A stretch of DNA of 64,000 nt from Lingula anatina (taxonomy: Eukaryota; Animalia; Brachiopoda): assembly GCA_051362555.1 (NCBI GenBank), contig CM120641.1, forward strand, positions 22,382,001 through 22,446,000. The letters are read 5' to 3'. Below are positions 13,886-27,168 of this stretch, one piece after another; within the stretch, counting starts at the first letter, position 1; each line of letters starts with the position of its first letter. A model generated the notes under the pieces. The model had not been told where the DNA came from. It saw nothing but the letters and a program-made list of their open reading frames with translations, and ran no database searches. The translations under genes and the position numbers were made by a program.

Positions 13886-15539
13886 CAAGGAATTGCAATG
13901 AAAAAAAACTAAGATTACTAAAAATATAAACAACTACATACTAAAAAAGAACTTTGAGATTTAGTGTAAAGGCTGTTTGCTTATGTTTTTTTTCCAAAAT
14001 GCCCTGCCAGCATGCTGTATAGGCTGTGTTCTTTCATGGTGTCACATGAAAAAAATAAATAAAAAGATTCAAACACATTAACAGGAGACAATTTCTGGTC
14101 CAGTTGCAGAAGTTCGACATTGTCACCATCTTGTGCTGGACCCTTCACAAGTGCGAACAGAAAAATATTACGTAGATATTTTTGTTCCCTTAATTCCTTA
14201 GAAAATGCGTTTTCGTAAATCGACGGTAGGGTCACAACAACGTTGTTCTAGCCATAATGGGCTCTTTTAAATGAGCATGGAGGCTTTAGGAGGGGTGCCT
14301 TCCCTCTAGAATCTGATGGAACAGCATACGCAATAAATCAATGCAATACTTTTAACATATTAGTTAGAGAGCAATGTGATAGCATAGTCATGCATATTAT
14401 TGAAGAGCTGACCAAAAAGTTATTTTTGGAAACTAAACTGGCTTTCATCAGCCTTAGCTGCGAGTCCCGTTCCATGTAATCCTTGTTTTAATGGCGTACG
14501 TGTCATCATGAACATCGATGACCCAAGCAAAACATAAAAATAAGGGAAATTTCAGAGGATGGGGATAACTTTTCGTCTTCTCATCGATAGCTTTTATCAT
14601 AGTTTCTTTTTCACCAATATTATTCGTTTGCCTCTGTGCAATGCAAGGAAAATTTCTACTAAACAAGGCAGCCATATATTGGTTATATTTCGTATCTCTA
14701 TTGGAAACACCAACGTTTATGAATGTAACCATATGGAGTAAAACTAGGATTTGTTTTGAAAAATGTATTATACTAAATGCATGCTACACATATAATGCAA
14801 CTTTTTTATAAGTATGTACATGTATGTAAGAGGATTTGTAGGTTTTATATGAGCAGGTACCACATTTTCTAAGTACCAGAAACTGTGCAAGTTTTAAAGA
14901 AATGCATCAGCACTAGAGTCTCGATTAGATTATTTAAATACTTCAAAGCTTTAAGTTGCTTAAAAACCAGCCAATTGCCATAGGGTTATAAAGTTGGGAA
15001 AATTTTGTCTAGCAAACTAGGCGGCCAGTGTGTTTTAAAGGTGCCAAATAGGCAGTTAGATATGCAACTGTCAGATAACCGTGCATGTATATCACATTAC
15101 AGTTACATTGGACAGTGGATTTATACGTCTTCAGTATATTGATTTGATATTATTGTACGTTTTTATACAATTCAATAGGTACTTAGCTCTTATGGTAGAT
15201 AAGATGTAGTTGATAAGTAAAAAAAGGAACACGCAGTGCCATATACCTTAAACAGAGCCATCCTTAAGAACATGGCCTTATTTCGCACTTGTCGGTCCTT
15301 AATGAGATCACATATAAAGATCCGTCAAAAAAGATGATAAATAAAGCTTAACAAAAATGATCTTGGGTTTTTAGCATTTGTAAATGATTAATTTTGTAGT
15401 ATTTATGTGCCCTTTGACATTGAATAGTAGTGTAACATTCAAATTTAATCATTTTATGAAAAATGGAATATGTGCCTATTATGTAGAGCATGCCTAAATG
15501 TGATACTACCTTGGGCAAATTGATGCAATAAGCAGCTTA

Positions 15540-17357
15540 TTACTTTCTATCTAAGACATATTTTCCAATTTCGCTAAACATGGAGTTTGATTGTCTTAAA
15601 GTATTTTCATTTTCAAATTCTGGCGGGCTCGGTCTCGTCCAGTGAACTGCGTACACGTCAGTTCGCCAGTCAAATGTAGCGTTGTTAAGGTGATGTATGT
15701 TGGGGTCTTTATAGCCAGGTTTGAATATCGGGTGACATTTGAAATCAAAACATATTACTTGTAAATGCTTTTCCACTAAAAGAAGTTCAGGGTGCCTCTC
15801 ATATGCTTTGTAAGGCATGAGACAAGCATTGTAATACCAGTCCCCAGTGTCTTCATATCGCTTCATTGTATCTGAAAAATAGTGCATAAATCTCGCATTC
15901 TTTTTTGCAAGGAGAGTACCCATGTTAAATTTATCAGGAAATGGGGGATGCCAATCCGGCCAGTCGTAATTGGCAACCACGTCATAGCCACGTAAATCGT
16001 CGATGGGCTTCACCCAGACGGCATCCCAGTCTGTGTATATTCCGCCGTATTTCAAAAGTATGTCCACCCGAAAAACGTCACTGATATGTGAATAATCATT
16101 AACCGGGTTTCCAAATATTGTTTCTGGCCAATCTCGAAAAACAAAGTGGACTTTTGGGTTCCCTTTTAATTTGTCCCAATATGGTCCTTTGGGTTCCTCG
16201 TTTCCATGTAAATACACAGCATCCACTTTAAGGACGTTCAAAGTGCTTTTCACACTTAAATATGCTAAAAACGGCATTTCTGTTCCTCCCATCCACACAT
16301 AATGAGCAATGTTAGGTATCAGTGTGTCGTACGACGGAGCAGGAACGCGGATCTCTTCTGAACCATAAAACAGTCGTCTGCATAAAGCCCCAAACTCGTC
16401 CTTTCGTTCCCAGATTTGATGAGGATAAAGTGTATGATCTATGTGCAGGCAGTAGGAACGGTTGGATTCACGGTGAGTTATATGTGTTATACAATTACTA
16501 GTCATTGCAGGAAGTTTACTATCCGTTTTATTTAATAAACCGGAGATAAATTTCTGACTAGATATGCCTTTTGTAACCGCAGTCCTGTCTGCCCATATGG
16601 AACCTTGAACAATAGCTGTCGTTAAAGTTGCTTGAGATGTCACCGTGCCTTTTAAATATAGGTAAAGACGCTGTGTTTTCCTAATAAGAAAGTGGGGGTC
16701 TGATATCACGACGTTTTCGTTTAAGTATATTCCTCCATGGTCACTCAAGACGTTCAATATTTTATCTAATTTCTTCGAGTCGTCGGTTTGGCAACCTGCC
16801 ATATCTGGCTCACTCTTAAAAACTAAAACTGGCACCTCTTCTTTGAGGTCGTTAATCCACTGGTTGTACCGGCGTAAGTCAACCTGAGGCATCGTTTCAA
16901 AATGGATGACAATTTTGTCCGCTCGGTGGATTTTGAAGGCGCTAAGAACGCTCAAATAATGTTGAAATTCAAAGACCCTACTGCCACACCAGATGTAATG
17001 GAAAACGTTCGGTATTGCTGACGAGGGAAGGATATCTTTCAAAGGATTCAAATCCGACATACCTCGATACAAGAAGTTCGTGTGTCTGTCTGGAAGAACG
17101 TCTCCTGTCGGCTTTCGTGAGTTTATTGGAGCGGCATCTTTGTGTTTGCTACCCAAATTAATAATTATTTTTTCCTTACATTTACAGTCACGTTGTCTGC
17201 TGTCACGATTTACGTCAACTGGAGGTCGGCTCTCATCCGAATCCCCATAATTCACTACAAGGGGTCCTTGGCGGGCAAAAAAGAAAACATTGATGAATAA
17301 CGAAAGTGACACTAGCATCAAAAAACAGAAGACGATGGTGAAACGCATACGATCCAT
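15540..17357 (-). CDS. Type II membrane glycosyltransferase with two GT32 (DXD sugar-binding; A4GNT/A4GALT-like) domains; single coding exon
   Basis: 605-aa ORF with an N-terminal hydrophobic anchor and two repeats of the GT32 pattern: IPNVFHYIW...GGIYLNENV and IPNIAHYVW...SDVFRVDILLKYGGIYTDWDAV. A 5'UTR intron is likely (acceptor before 17385; GTGAGT donor at about 18253 on the minus strand). Confidence 0.85.
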   Translation of the reverse strand: MDRMRFTIVFCFLMLVSLSLFINVFFFARQGPLVVNYGDSDESRPPVDVNRDSRQRDCKCKEKIIINLGSKHKDAAPINSRKPTGDVLPDRHTNFLYRGMSDLNPLKDILPSSAIPNVFHYIWCGSRVFEFQHYLSVLSAFKIHRADKIVIHFETMPQVDLRRYNQWINDLKEEVPVLVFKSEPDMAGCQTDDSKKLDKILNVLSDHGGIYLNENVVISDPHFLIRKTQRLYLYLKGTVTSQATLTTAIVQGSIWADRTAVTKGISSQKFISGLLNKTDSKLPAMTSNCITHITHRESNRSYCLHIDHTLYPHQIWERKDEFGALCRRLFYGSEEIRVPAPSYDTLIPNIAHYVWMGGTEMPFLAYLSVKSTLNVLKVDAVYLHGNEEPKGPYWDKLKGNPKVHFVFRDWPETIFGNPVNDYSHISDVFRVDILLKYGGIYTDWDAVWVKPIDDLRGYDVVANYDWPDWHPPFPDKFNMGTLLAKKNARFMHYFSDTMKRYEDTGDWYYNACLMPYKAYERHPELLLVEKHLQVICFDFKCHPIFKPGYKDPNIHHLNNATFDWRTDVYAVHWTRPSPPEFENENTLRQSNSMFSEIGKYVLDRK

Positions 17358-20124
17358 TCCTTTTGAAAGCTGGTATTCAACCCACCTGTAAAAAGAAAGA
17401 TGTTAATTAGTTTAGGCTTTATGTATAAATATAATTCAATATTTTCTTGGGAAGAAACTCTATTTATACACATCCAACATAATCGAGGAGTCCCAAGCCA
17501 AGAAACTGTTTACAACTTCTTGCCCAAGCCAACATACCATACATGTATCCCGGTATATACCCCGACATAGCCTTCAACAGTAGGCCCTTCAGGTCCATGG
17601 TCTTATATTTATGCAAATGTAGGCTATACGTAACGAGTATTCGAAAACTTATGTCACGCAAAAATAATGGTTATTCACATTATCAATAGATTTCCATCTT
17701 TATTCAAGGCATTCTGACAAAATAAAAAAATGCTGTTTTAACTAGGCCTACTTATAGCCAAAGTGATGGTGAAATAAAGGGCGCTACTCTAAACTATAGA
17801 GATCACAGGTCTACTTTGTCAAAATAAACACGAATCGTTATATTTAATTTTCAAATCTCCCGCATAACTCTTGACTGAATACATATTATCTTTAAAGCGA
17901 AGTTGTTGAAAATACCATTAAAGTTCTCATGATGTATGTGCCAAAGGGAACACAGACCTGGGTGTAATATTGAGGAGACAGATATGCACCGATACAACGA
18001 AAGTGTGTCAAAAGGATTGGGGGTCGGTTATTGGAAGTTCATAAACATTTGTACATAGCCGTTCTTTTAGAAAATATTCTGCATTAAATGTCAATTATCA
18101 TAACTTGTTGTCAACATGCCATTCAGTTGCTCGTTAGTTAGACACGTATTAATGAGTAGTACCTACATGTACAACCGCGACTTGCATTATAGGCCTACCT
18201 GTTGACCACGCCTATACTATACCCTAAATAAGAGACGTTTTTTCTAGAACTCACCTACATACAAGTCCACGGGATGCCTTGGAGTATCCTTCCTAACATT
18301 ATATGGAATATGGTGATATCAAGTAGAAAATGTGCCTCGTAACTTTACTGAGCCCATTGCGCTTGCCTACCTATACGCAGGGGTGTGCGGATAACGTGTT
18401 GCCCTTAATAACACTTCGCCTGAGAACAAACAAAGCCACCAGGGCGTGAGCCATTGTTAGGGGCAGGCGGGTGGACCGATGACTTCATCGTATCTGTACA
18501 GGTAAACCGGTTACAGGTAAACGCCTTGTGCTGGGTACTCGATATTTTTAGATTAGGTACTATAAAACATTGGCAGGTTCAGGATCACCCCCGGGCGTGG
18601 CCTTACGGGGGAGGGGGGGGATGGGGAGGGGGGTTAATATGTCACGAAACATTTTCCCTGTTGGTACCCTATTTTATTATAGCATCGCGATTTCTAGCTC
18701 GACTGGTTCTACGGCTGATTTTTTTTCCTATTAACACCTGCATATTCCTCGTGATAACGTAAACATTCCAATATTTTGATTAATCTTTGGCCATAGTACT
18801 GGCAGATTTTAAAAAATACGGCCTTAAGGCTTTACCGGCATTTCCATGATTTACACATTTTTGCACATATTGATACAAATTATATCTAAATCAAAATGTG
18901 GAAGAGCAAATTTTAGGAATCTGGAATATTTTCAAGACACGGCGCATCTGAATATGGTAGAGCAGATTTCTATTACTACTCACTTGTAAAAAGGAAATAT
19001 TCGAAAACTCCCTGCCTTTTACAGGCCAAATTATAAGGGCATATAAAAGGCGTTTCTAATCGCTCGAGTGTTTCCTTTTCTATGGCTAATACACTTCTTA
19101 AAAAAAACCTGAAAGATACTGCACCGTAATACCGTATACTTTATAGTTTTAAAAGTGCCGTGAAAGAAGAAAGCGCCTTTAAAAGTGACACACATTTTCC
19201 CGACGTTCTTATCACATTTGTACGCTTCTAGCTACCTGGCATTTCAAACATGCCTTCCTTTCAATAAATAACATTTTTATCGTTTACCGGTTTCACTTTT
19301 GATAACTATTCCTGAATAAAACCCGAATATGTTAGATTATATCTGAAAATCAGCGGTTTAATAGCTTGTGTGAAAGTACTCTCTTACGCCCATCTTTTCC
19401 CTCTAATTAAAAACGAGCACGATTACATTGGGCATAGTACATGTACATGTATTAAACAATATACGTGATAAGAAACGACGTGTTTACATTACAGTGTTTA
19501 CGCAAGGCGCATTTATTTAAAAGTAGTTTCATCATCGTCAGGTGCTCCATACTCAGCCTCGTTTGCATTAATTCTAATCATCTTAAAGGGGTCGTATGAA
19601 AATGTCAGTAAATGGTTTATCAGTTAAATTATCACGGTGTCTTGTGTACATCGGTATAGTTCTCAGGTTACCAAGACAACAACAATTTTTGAGCCTATAG
19701 ATATCTAATTTACCTAATTAATTTCCATGTTCGTTCTTTATATTTGCGATGGTCGGAGTCAAAACTCAAATAAAAAACAAAAGTATTTAGGTATTGTATG
19801 AAAAGTTTTACCTATTCAATCAAGTTAATCCCATCCCATATTTATGCTGTGTAATGGTATGACCGCGTCCTTTCATTAAGCCACTAACGAACCTGCGAAA
19901 TACATGTTGCTCTTTGGTTACTAAATACATGTACAATGAATGTTACGGTGGTTCGACTTAAAAACGACGATCGGCATGAAAGGCTTTTTGAGATGATCCA
20001 TTCTACTTGACCTGTACGTCACAGTCACGCGCTCGGCGCTATTTTTCGACACAGGTGATATATTATACCACAGCGGGTTTCTTCCGGAATTCGAATGGGA
20101 GAAGAGTCGTGAAGTATCAGAAGT

Positions 20125-21926
20125 ATGGACCACGAAAATGCACAATTTAGGCCTTGGTACGGGACCACAGGGTTTTCATCAGAGGCCTACAGAAATGTCC
20201 CACCGGTGTCGCATACTACGTACCCTACAGCGCAAACAATGTCCGCATCTCATGAAAGGGGGTTTAAAAGGAAATCTTTGGTGGAAGCTTACTTGCTGTG
20301 GTTGGCACTTGGATTGTTTGGAGCACATCATTTTTACTTGAATCGTCCACTTTTCGGTATAATGTACCTGACTACTTTTGGACTTTGTGGTTGCGGGTGG
20401 CTGATAGATTTATTCAGGTTGCCGTGTCTGGTAAGGGATGCCAACAAACTGATCGAAGACAGGACGCCTATGCAACTCAGAAAGCGAAGCGTTGGGGATG
20501 CTTATGTATTATGGTTACCATTTGGCCTATTGGGTAAGGTTTGCGAGAAAAAATTAATACAAACACATATATGCAAAACATGTAAATTTGCTGAAATCAT
20601 ATGCCAATAATCTGCACAATTCCTCATTCATTCAAAGGACACGGGCGAATTTACCAGTATAAATTAAAAGACGGCAAGTTTTGTTATTGACTTAAATCCA
20701 TGTTCAAAATATTATATTTTATCTATGTTTACATTAGAAGCCATTGATCTGCATAAATAGTGAATCGGATCAGGATTAAAACAAATGATGGGATTCTGAA
20801 AAAAAAATGTCAAGGAAGATTATGAAAATAGTATTTAGGAAATAGACTTTTTGGCAAATAACTCCGTTCCTTCGTGTTTATAGGGTGGCACCACTTCTAT
20901 TTGAGGCGACCTGGGATAGGACTGTACTATTCCTTCACTTTGGGAGGCCTAGGGGCAGGATTTGTATATGACCTCTTTCGCATGCCATGCCTAGTGAAAA
21001 GGAGAAACAGAGAACTCGAAGTAGCGCTCCAACGTCCCCAAGACGCATGGAGATATCGTTACCGTTGTCATCTTGATGATGCCTATGGCTTGATATTTCC
21101 ACTGGGTTTCCTTGGCCTTCATCATTTTTACCTCCGCCGGTTTAAATGGGGCCTGCTGTACTTATTTACGTTTGGAATTTTTGGTATTGGTTGGATCATC
21201 GATTTCTTCCGTCTTCCAAGTTTGGTGAAAGAAGCAAACCGAGAAAATCAACCAGTTCAAGCCCATGGATACATAGTAACCACAGCACGCCATCCATCTT
21301 TCCCTGGGCAAGCAGTGCCAAACAGCGGTCAAAGTCAATCGCTTACAACAGAACAGTCTGGCACATTTACACACGTTAATACATACAGTGGACCCCCAGT
21401 CAACTATGACCCTCCAACTTACCATGGGGGACCTCAAGGTGCGTTTGTCTTCCTATTTCGTATGTAAGAATTAAAAAAATTAATCTTAATTGAGAAATGG
21501 TATACCATCAGTTTGAAAAATCAATGTATTTTGAACGAGTTTTTGTCACATTAAACTAATCGTGGTATGTGACAAGTGAAATAGCCAGTAACGTTAAAAA
21601 GGTCTTTATTGCTATTTAAGCATACACTTATTATATCGTCGCTATTGTCTTATGTCACAGATCACGATGCTGTCCCACCACCCCCTTATTCAGAGATTGC
21701 CGGAGGACCATCACATGGCTTCCAGTACAACCAAGGGCAGTCACAGCCATATTTCTCTGGTTTACAGCAACAAAACCAGTATCAACAACAGCAGCAGCAA
21801 TACCAGTGTCAACAACAACAGCAATACCAGTATCAACAACAAAGGGATCCATTCCAACAACAACAATACACTAACAACTATGGTGCCCTGGCACCTCATG
21901 CACCACCTCAAGAAAAGTCACATTAA
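20125..21926 (+). CDS. Protein with three TM2 domains and a PPxY / Gln-rich C-terminal tail
   Basis: Exons 20125-20533, 20884-21438 and 21661-21926 (phase-1 introns). Three repeats: AYLLWLALGLFGAHHFYL, AYVLWLPFGLLGWHHFYL, AYGLIFPLGFLGLHHFYL, each followed by G..Y..T.G..G.G...D.FR.P.LV. The tail has PPTY, PPPPY and Gln runs. Confidence 0.85.
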
Positions 21927-22268
21927 TTTATGTTCTCATTTTGTTATTTATTTCGATGACAGTTGTCACAAGATATCACAACGATCCTTCTTAAAAAAAC
22001 TATCCGCAAGATGCCAAACCGCGTCTGATTTGATTAGGATATGGAATAGAGGAATATTCATGCAATTTTTTTGGGTTTGGTTGATTGTGTTCATATTGTT
22101 TTAGATGGAAACAGATTTTGTTGCGATTTTAATAATAATAACGATGAACAAAAATGATACTTTGAACAGCCAGACCTAGTAGGAATAAGAATCTTCTGTT
22201 AGTTAATATTGCTCTTAGGCGCAAACATAGTAATTTTATTAAATTCGTTTAAATAGTACTTATATACC

Positions 22269-22410
22269 ATGGCCGGGGGGGGGGGGGGGGGGGGTTCGAA
22301 CGAACAGGCACTTTTTGCCGGGAAAAGGTCCACTCTGGGTAAAATTGATAAAGCACACGAAGGTATCATCGTAAAAGGTCCCACCTTTGAAATTGCTGGC
22401 GCTGGACCTG
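22269..22410. mobile_element. Probable MITE remnant
   Basis: GC-rich segment with a G-run, starting CATGG and ending ...GCTGGCGCTGGACCTG; resembles the hAT-like MITE at 4904, but the TIRs are degraded. Confidence 0.35.
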
Positions 22411-23758
22411 CTTGTTGTTTATATGCAAACAAATATTCAACTCGGTAATTATCGCATGAATTTCATCACAGGGCCAGAGAAATATCCGTGAATATCTGGT
22501 GAAAAATCAATATGTGACCCTGGTAGACGGTACATAATCATATCGGAAAAGATTGTTAAATGTAACCATAACATCCACATTTTCATATTTACTTTTAGGT
22601 TCTTCACTTTGTTTTATTCACCTCGTCCTCATTTCTTTTCTGTTCCATGCTGTCTTCGTACTTTCAAATATACAGTATCTGTGGGACCCTCTCGTAACAT
22701 GCTACACAGTGATTGATTATTCGGTGTCTGGCTGGTTATGTAACAGCTACCAATCTTGTAATTATACGATTCTGCATTTCAGCACAGTCACAAAACAGAA
22801 ATGTTCAAAGCAAGTGAACAGCCAAAAAATACCTGTGAACATCAAATAAACCGACTTCTCTCAGTGGCCATGTAGAGCTGGTAGAGGGATCTTGACACCA
22901 GTCGCGTCTCCTTTCTGTGTTAGCATGTAGATTAAAAAAAATGAACAAAGGAGTATCTCAAACCGCGACGAATTCGTTTCGAATTGTGATACTATGTGTT
23001 GTTTTATTCTTTTATAAAGTAAACGGGTGATATAAAGCATGATAAAAAGCTCGTCACTTTCAGATATTTAACTTCAACTAGCTATAGCTTTTCTGTTCCA
23101 ATTACATAAAAATAAACTATTGCGACAGGCAGTATCAGCAATATACCTGATATGTTGCACGTACATGTACTGATACTAATAAACATCTCAGCTAAAGATA
23201 GAACATTGTCAACCCTCAGCACTCAGAGGGCACCTGTAGGCCGACGAAGACCGAACACTGATAAATTGTGGAATCTATTTTCATCAAAATCCATTAATAA
23301 CTTTTAGTTAGGCTGGTGAAAAACAAACAAACAAACAAACAAACAAACAAACAAGCAAACAAAAAGAGAAATTTAAAAAAAATAACATTATTCAGATAGC
23401 AAACAACTTGCACAGTTTGGAAAAATAGTTTTTAAAACCCAAATAATTTAATAACATTATAGAGTACACAAATCCGATATGCGATGTTTGAATGAATATA
23501 TGTATTAAATTTAAGAGTTTTATACTTCTATGCAATATAAAACCAAATAAATAAATAAATAAATGAATAAATAAATAAATGACAAGATCTTTTCATGGGC
23601 AAAATTTTGAATTTTTTGCACTTTTTAAAACAAATTCTTAAAAATAGAACACTTCTATAGAGTAGTAGCAACAAAACCGAAATGCAGGCTTTTATTTTTA
23701 TCGTATTCAGAAAAAGCACCACAAATGCAACACAGAAATGTATTATTAATTATTCTAA

Positions 23759-24360
23759 AACTAGAAGATCAGAGAGGCGATACCGCCTCCGGATATTCTA
23801 CCACCAGCTGGAGTAGGCACATTTGTATGGAAAACCAAAAAAGGGATACCACCGCCAGAGTTGTGCTTGACAAGCTCTACAAAATGCAATAAACCAGAGC
23901 TCTCAAAAATGCCAAAAGAAGCTAAAAACAGCATAACTTTTGTCAAAATGGTCTGATCAAACTCATTTTCGAACTCAATCTGTAATTTCGTAACATTGAA
24001 TACTCCTGTGATTTTCAAGCTAATAGGCCTATCGGTATTTCTTAAAATGTGTTTTCAGTGTACCCTGAGTGTCAGAGAAACGTAAAAGCTAGCTTGCTAA
24101 ATATACCTCGTGGTGGAGTCGCTTTTGGTATTGTTGATATGGGTTATATATGAAATCAAGATCGAGCTGACAATACCGGAATCTAGAACCTAGGGTATTT
24201 CAGTGTTGTATCTATCTAAAAAAAGGGTAAATACCCATAACTTTTGAATAAATGGTCCGATCAGGCTGATTTTCAAACTCGACTTGTGTTGTATGAATAA
24301 TCATTAGTTCTGTTAGTTTAAAGACATTTAGCCTATACAGTGTTAGCCTATCACTAAAAG
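23759..24360 (-). mobile_element. 3' part of a Helentron/Helitron-type element on the minus strand
   Basis: 23759-23830 is the reverse complement of the 3' end at 28545-28612 (sub-TIR, GAGGCG-GTAT-CGCCTC hairpin, CTAGTT). Degenerate internal repeats at about 23932 and 24236. The 5' boundary is not identifiable. Confidence 0.65.
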
Positions 24361-24932
24361 TGATAGTCAAAAGTCAAAACCCTGAGGTTGAGTTGTTTGG
24401 CTATATTTTCAGGTCACACAATTAAAATTGTTATGTAGGCCTACTAATGGCATATTCAAGATGTGACTTCCAACCTCTGTGGACCTGAAGGCCTTTACTA
24501 GTCACATTTTTAACATCAGTGATAGGCCTACTTACACAATAAAAATTGGTGGTGATTATGGTTTTAAGCATTAGGCCTATGTAATATTGCATCAAAATTG
24601 GCGAAAATCCTATTTTGGCACTGCCACCATAATATTGACCTTTAAAGGAAAACCACGTTAGGCCTACATATGGCTCTCAAACTCGCAGAAAAAACTCATA
24701 GGACTGGAATACAGCTTGAATCAGAAAAACAGCCTAGTTGGACCGCTTTTGTGAAATGTTCATTTTGGCATTTCAACGTTTGATTTAGAATACCCACGGG
24801 CATGAACCGTATGGTAGTTAGGCCTACGTTTGCTGAATGACCAACTACGTAGGCCTATAGCAGATGATTAAGCCCTAGAAATTGCGCATGGTGGTGATTG
24901 TAATAATTGCATCAAAATTGACAAAAAAAAAA

Positions 24933-24933
<1 letters not shown>

Positions 24934-25008
<75 letters not shown>
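24934..25008. repeat. (AT)n microsatellite
   Basis: Long pure AT run. Confidence 0.95.
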
Positions 25009-25011
<3 letters not shown>

Positions 25012-25488
25012 TATATGTTTTTTGTGCACTGCCACCACAATTAAACACTTTGAAAACAAGTAGGCCTAGCGTTACTTATTTTTTTCTAATTTATACAAAT
25101 TTGTTGTTGAGCATTATTACGTATTATTGCATCAAAATTGACGAAAACATCTATTTGTGCATCATTTTTTTCCCAGTTTTTGTCGGTACATTTGACTTGG
25201 TTTTAAGGTTGTTGTTGTTGATGTTCAAGGGTTGTGCACCGTAACAGTAGCCTATATGAGAGGCCTGATTACCAGTAAATAAGATATCATCATGAAAACT
25301 GACATAGTGAACTTCAGCCTTGCAGACAGTTCACATAACATATTTGAGTCCTAGTTTTGAACACAGAAGCAGAGAAAATGCATTCCATTTACTCTACAGG
25401 GGTACGTACTTCTCTGTTTTGAATCAGTGACAGAAACGCTGCTGCACATGCGCGGGCGTTTGACACTTGTGGTGCTACTTCCGACTTG

Positions 25489-26139
25489 AAAATTTGGGCT
25501 TTGTCGGTATTGGGGTCTGGGTGTGGCACTCATTGCAATGCACCCTTGTCCAAAAATGGCAAAATTAAATGCTAATTATCTACCCTACGGAAGGAGTTAC
25601 GGGAAAATTTTCTACAGACGGCTTTCCAAAAGTCATATGTGTAGATTTCAAATATACCCTCGGATTTGACCTTTGACCTTTACTTCAAGGTCAAATGGGC
25701 CAAAATTTTCAAAAAAATGAAATTTTTTACGAAAAAAAAATTTTTTGCCCTGTTATTCAGACACCACACAGACTTAACCAATAATATTATTGGAAAGTGT
25801 TACCCTTCAGGTCATCTTTCATCTCCGTGAATTTGGGGTCAATCGGTGCATTTTCACAGGAGTAGCGGCCATAAGATACCGAAACTGAAAACTGTCTCTA
25901 ATTCGGGAACCGTTAATGCTAGAGACCCATTCTTTTTTGCATTTTGTAGAGCATGTAAAGCCCAACACTGGAGGTGGTCTCGGTTTTTTTGTATTCCATA
26001 CGGTTTTCGAGTTACGCTGTATCAAAAAGTACATATTGGTGGTGAAAGGAAAATGTACGGAAGCCCACTGGTGCCATATGTAGAAAAAAAAATTATCTCG
26101 AAATTTCGAGATACTATTTTGAAATTTGAACAAAAAAAA
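25489..26139 (+). repeat. Direct duplicate (about 650 bp) of the internal part of the adjacent HINE
   Basis: Near-identical to 26307 to about 26960 (offset about 818 bp), starting AAAATTTGGGCTTTGTCGGTATTGGGG. Confidence 0.9.
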
Positions 26140-26875
26140 TTTACCACCAGCGTTAGCGCTGGCGGTACACATGGTTTCGGTCCCGTCCGGTCCGTTCCGC
26201 CGGCTCCGCCGCCATGTTACCGTTACCGCTTCTCCTCCTAGACGGTAAGGGCCCCCGTACCCATCTCATGGATTTAGGTCACCTATAATCTCAACTCGTT
26301 CCACGTAAAATTTGGGCTTTGTCGGTATTGGGGTCTGGGTGTGGCACTCATTGCAATGCACCCTTGTCTAAAAATGGCAAAATTAAATGCTAATTATCTA
26401 CCCTACAGAAGGAGTTACGGGAAAAATTTCTATAGACGGCTTTCCAAAAGTCATATGTGTAGATTTCAAATATACCCTCGGATTTGACCTTTGACCTTTA
26501 CTTCAAGGTCAAATGGGTCAAAATTTTCAAAAAAAATGAAATTTTTTACGAAAAAAAATTTTTTTGCCCTGTTATTCAGACGCCACACAGACTTAACCAA
26601 TAATATTATTGGAAAGTGTTACCCTTCAGGTCATCTTTCATCTCCGTGAATTTGGGGTCAATCGGTGCATTTTCACAGGAGTAGCGGCCATAAGATACCG
26701 AAACTGAAAACTGTCTCTAATTCGGGAACCGTTAATGCTAGAGACCCATTCTTTTTTGCATTTTGTAGAGCATGTAAAGCCCAACACTGGAGGTGGTCTC
26801 GGTTTTTTTTGTATTCCATACGGTTTTCGAGTTACGCTGTATCAGAAAGTACATATTGGTGGTGAAAGGAAAATG

Positions 26876-27168
26876 TACGGAAGCCGACTGGTGCCATATG
26901 TAGAAAAAAAAAATTATCTCGAAATTTCGAGATACTATTTTGAAATTTGAACAAAAAAAATTTTTATCTCGAAATTTCGAGATAGCATTTTGAAATTTGA
27001 ACAAAAAAAAAATTATCTCGAAATTTCGAGATAGCATTTTGATATTTGAGCAAAAAAATTTATCTCGAAATTTCGAGATAGTATTTTGAAATTTGAACAA
27101 AAAAAATGCTATCTCGAAATTTCGAGATAATTTTTTTTTTCAACATATGGCACCAGTCGGCTTCTGTA
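26876..27168. mobile_element. Foldback MITE nested in the HINE, with repeated palindromes
   Basis: TIRs TACGGAAGCCGACTGGTGCCATATG / CATATGGCACCAGTCGGCTTCTGTA; five internal copies of the palindrome TATCTCGAAATTTCGAGATA at about 48-bp spacing. Confidence 0.8.

Noticed and set aside
21652-22104. Asn/Ser-rich 150-aa ORF
   Set aside because: Alternative frame of the CAA/CAG-rich TM2 exon 3.
26900-27130. CRISPR-like array of palindromic repeats
   Set aside because: Spacers are near-identical, there are no cas genes, and the context is eukaryotic; explained by a foldback MITE.
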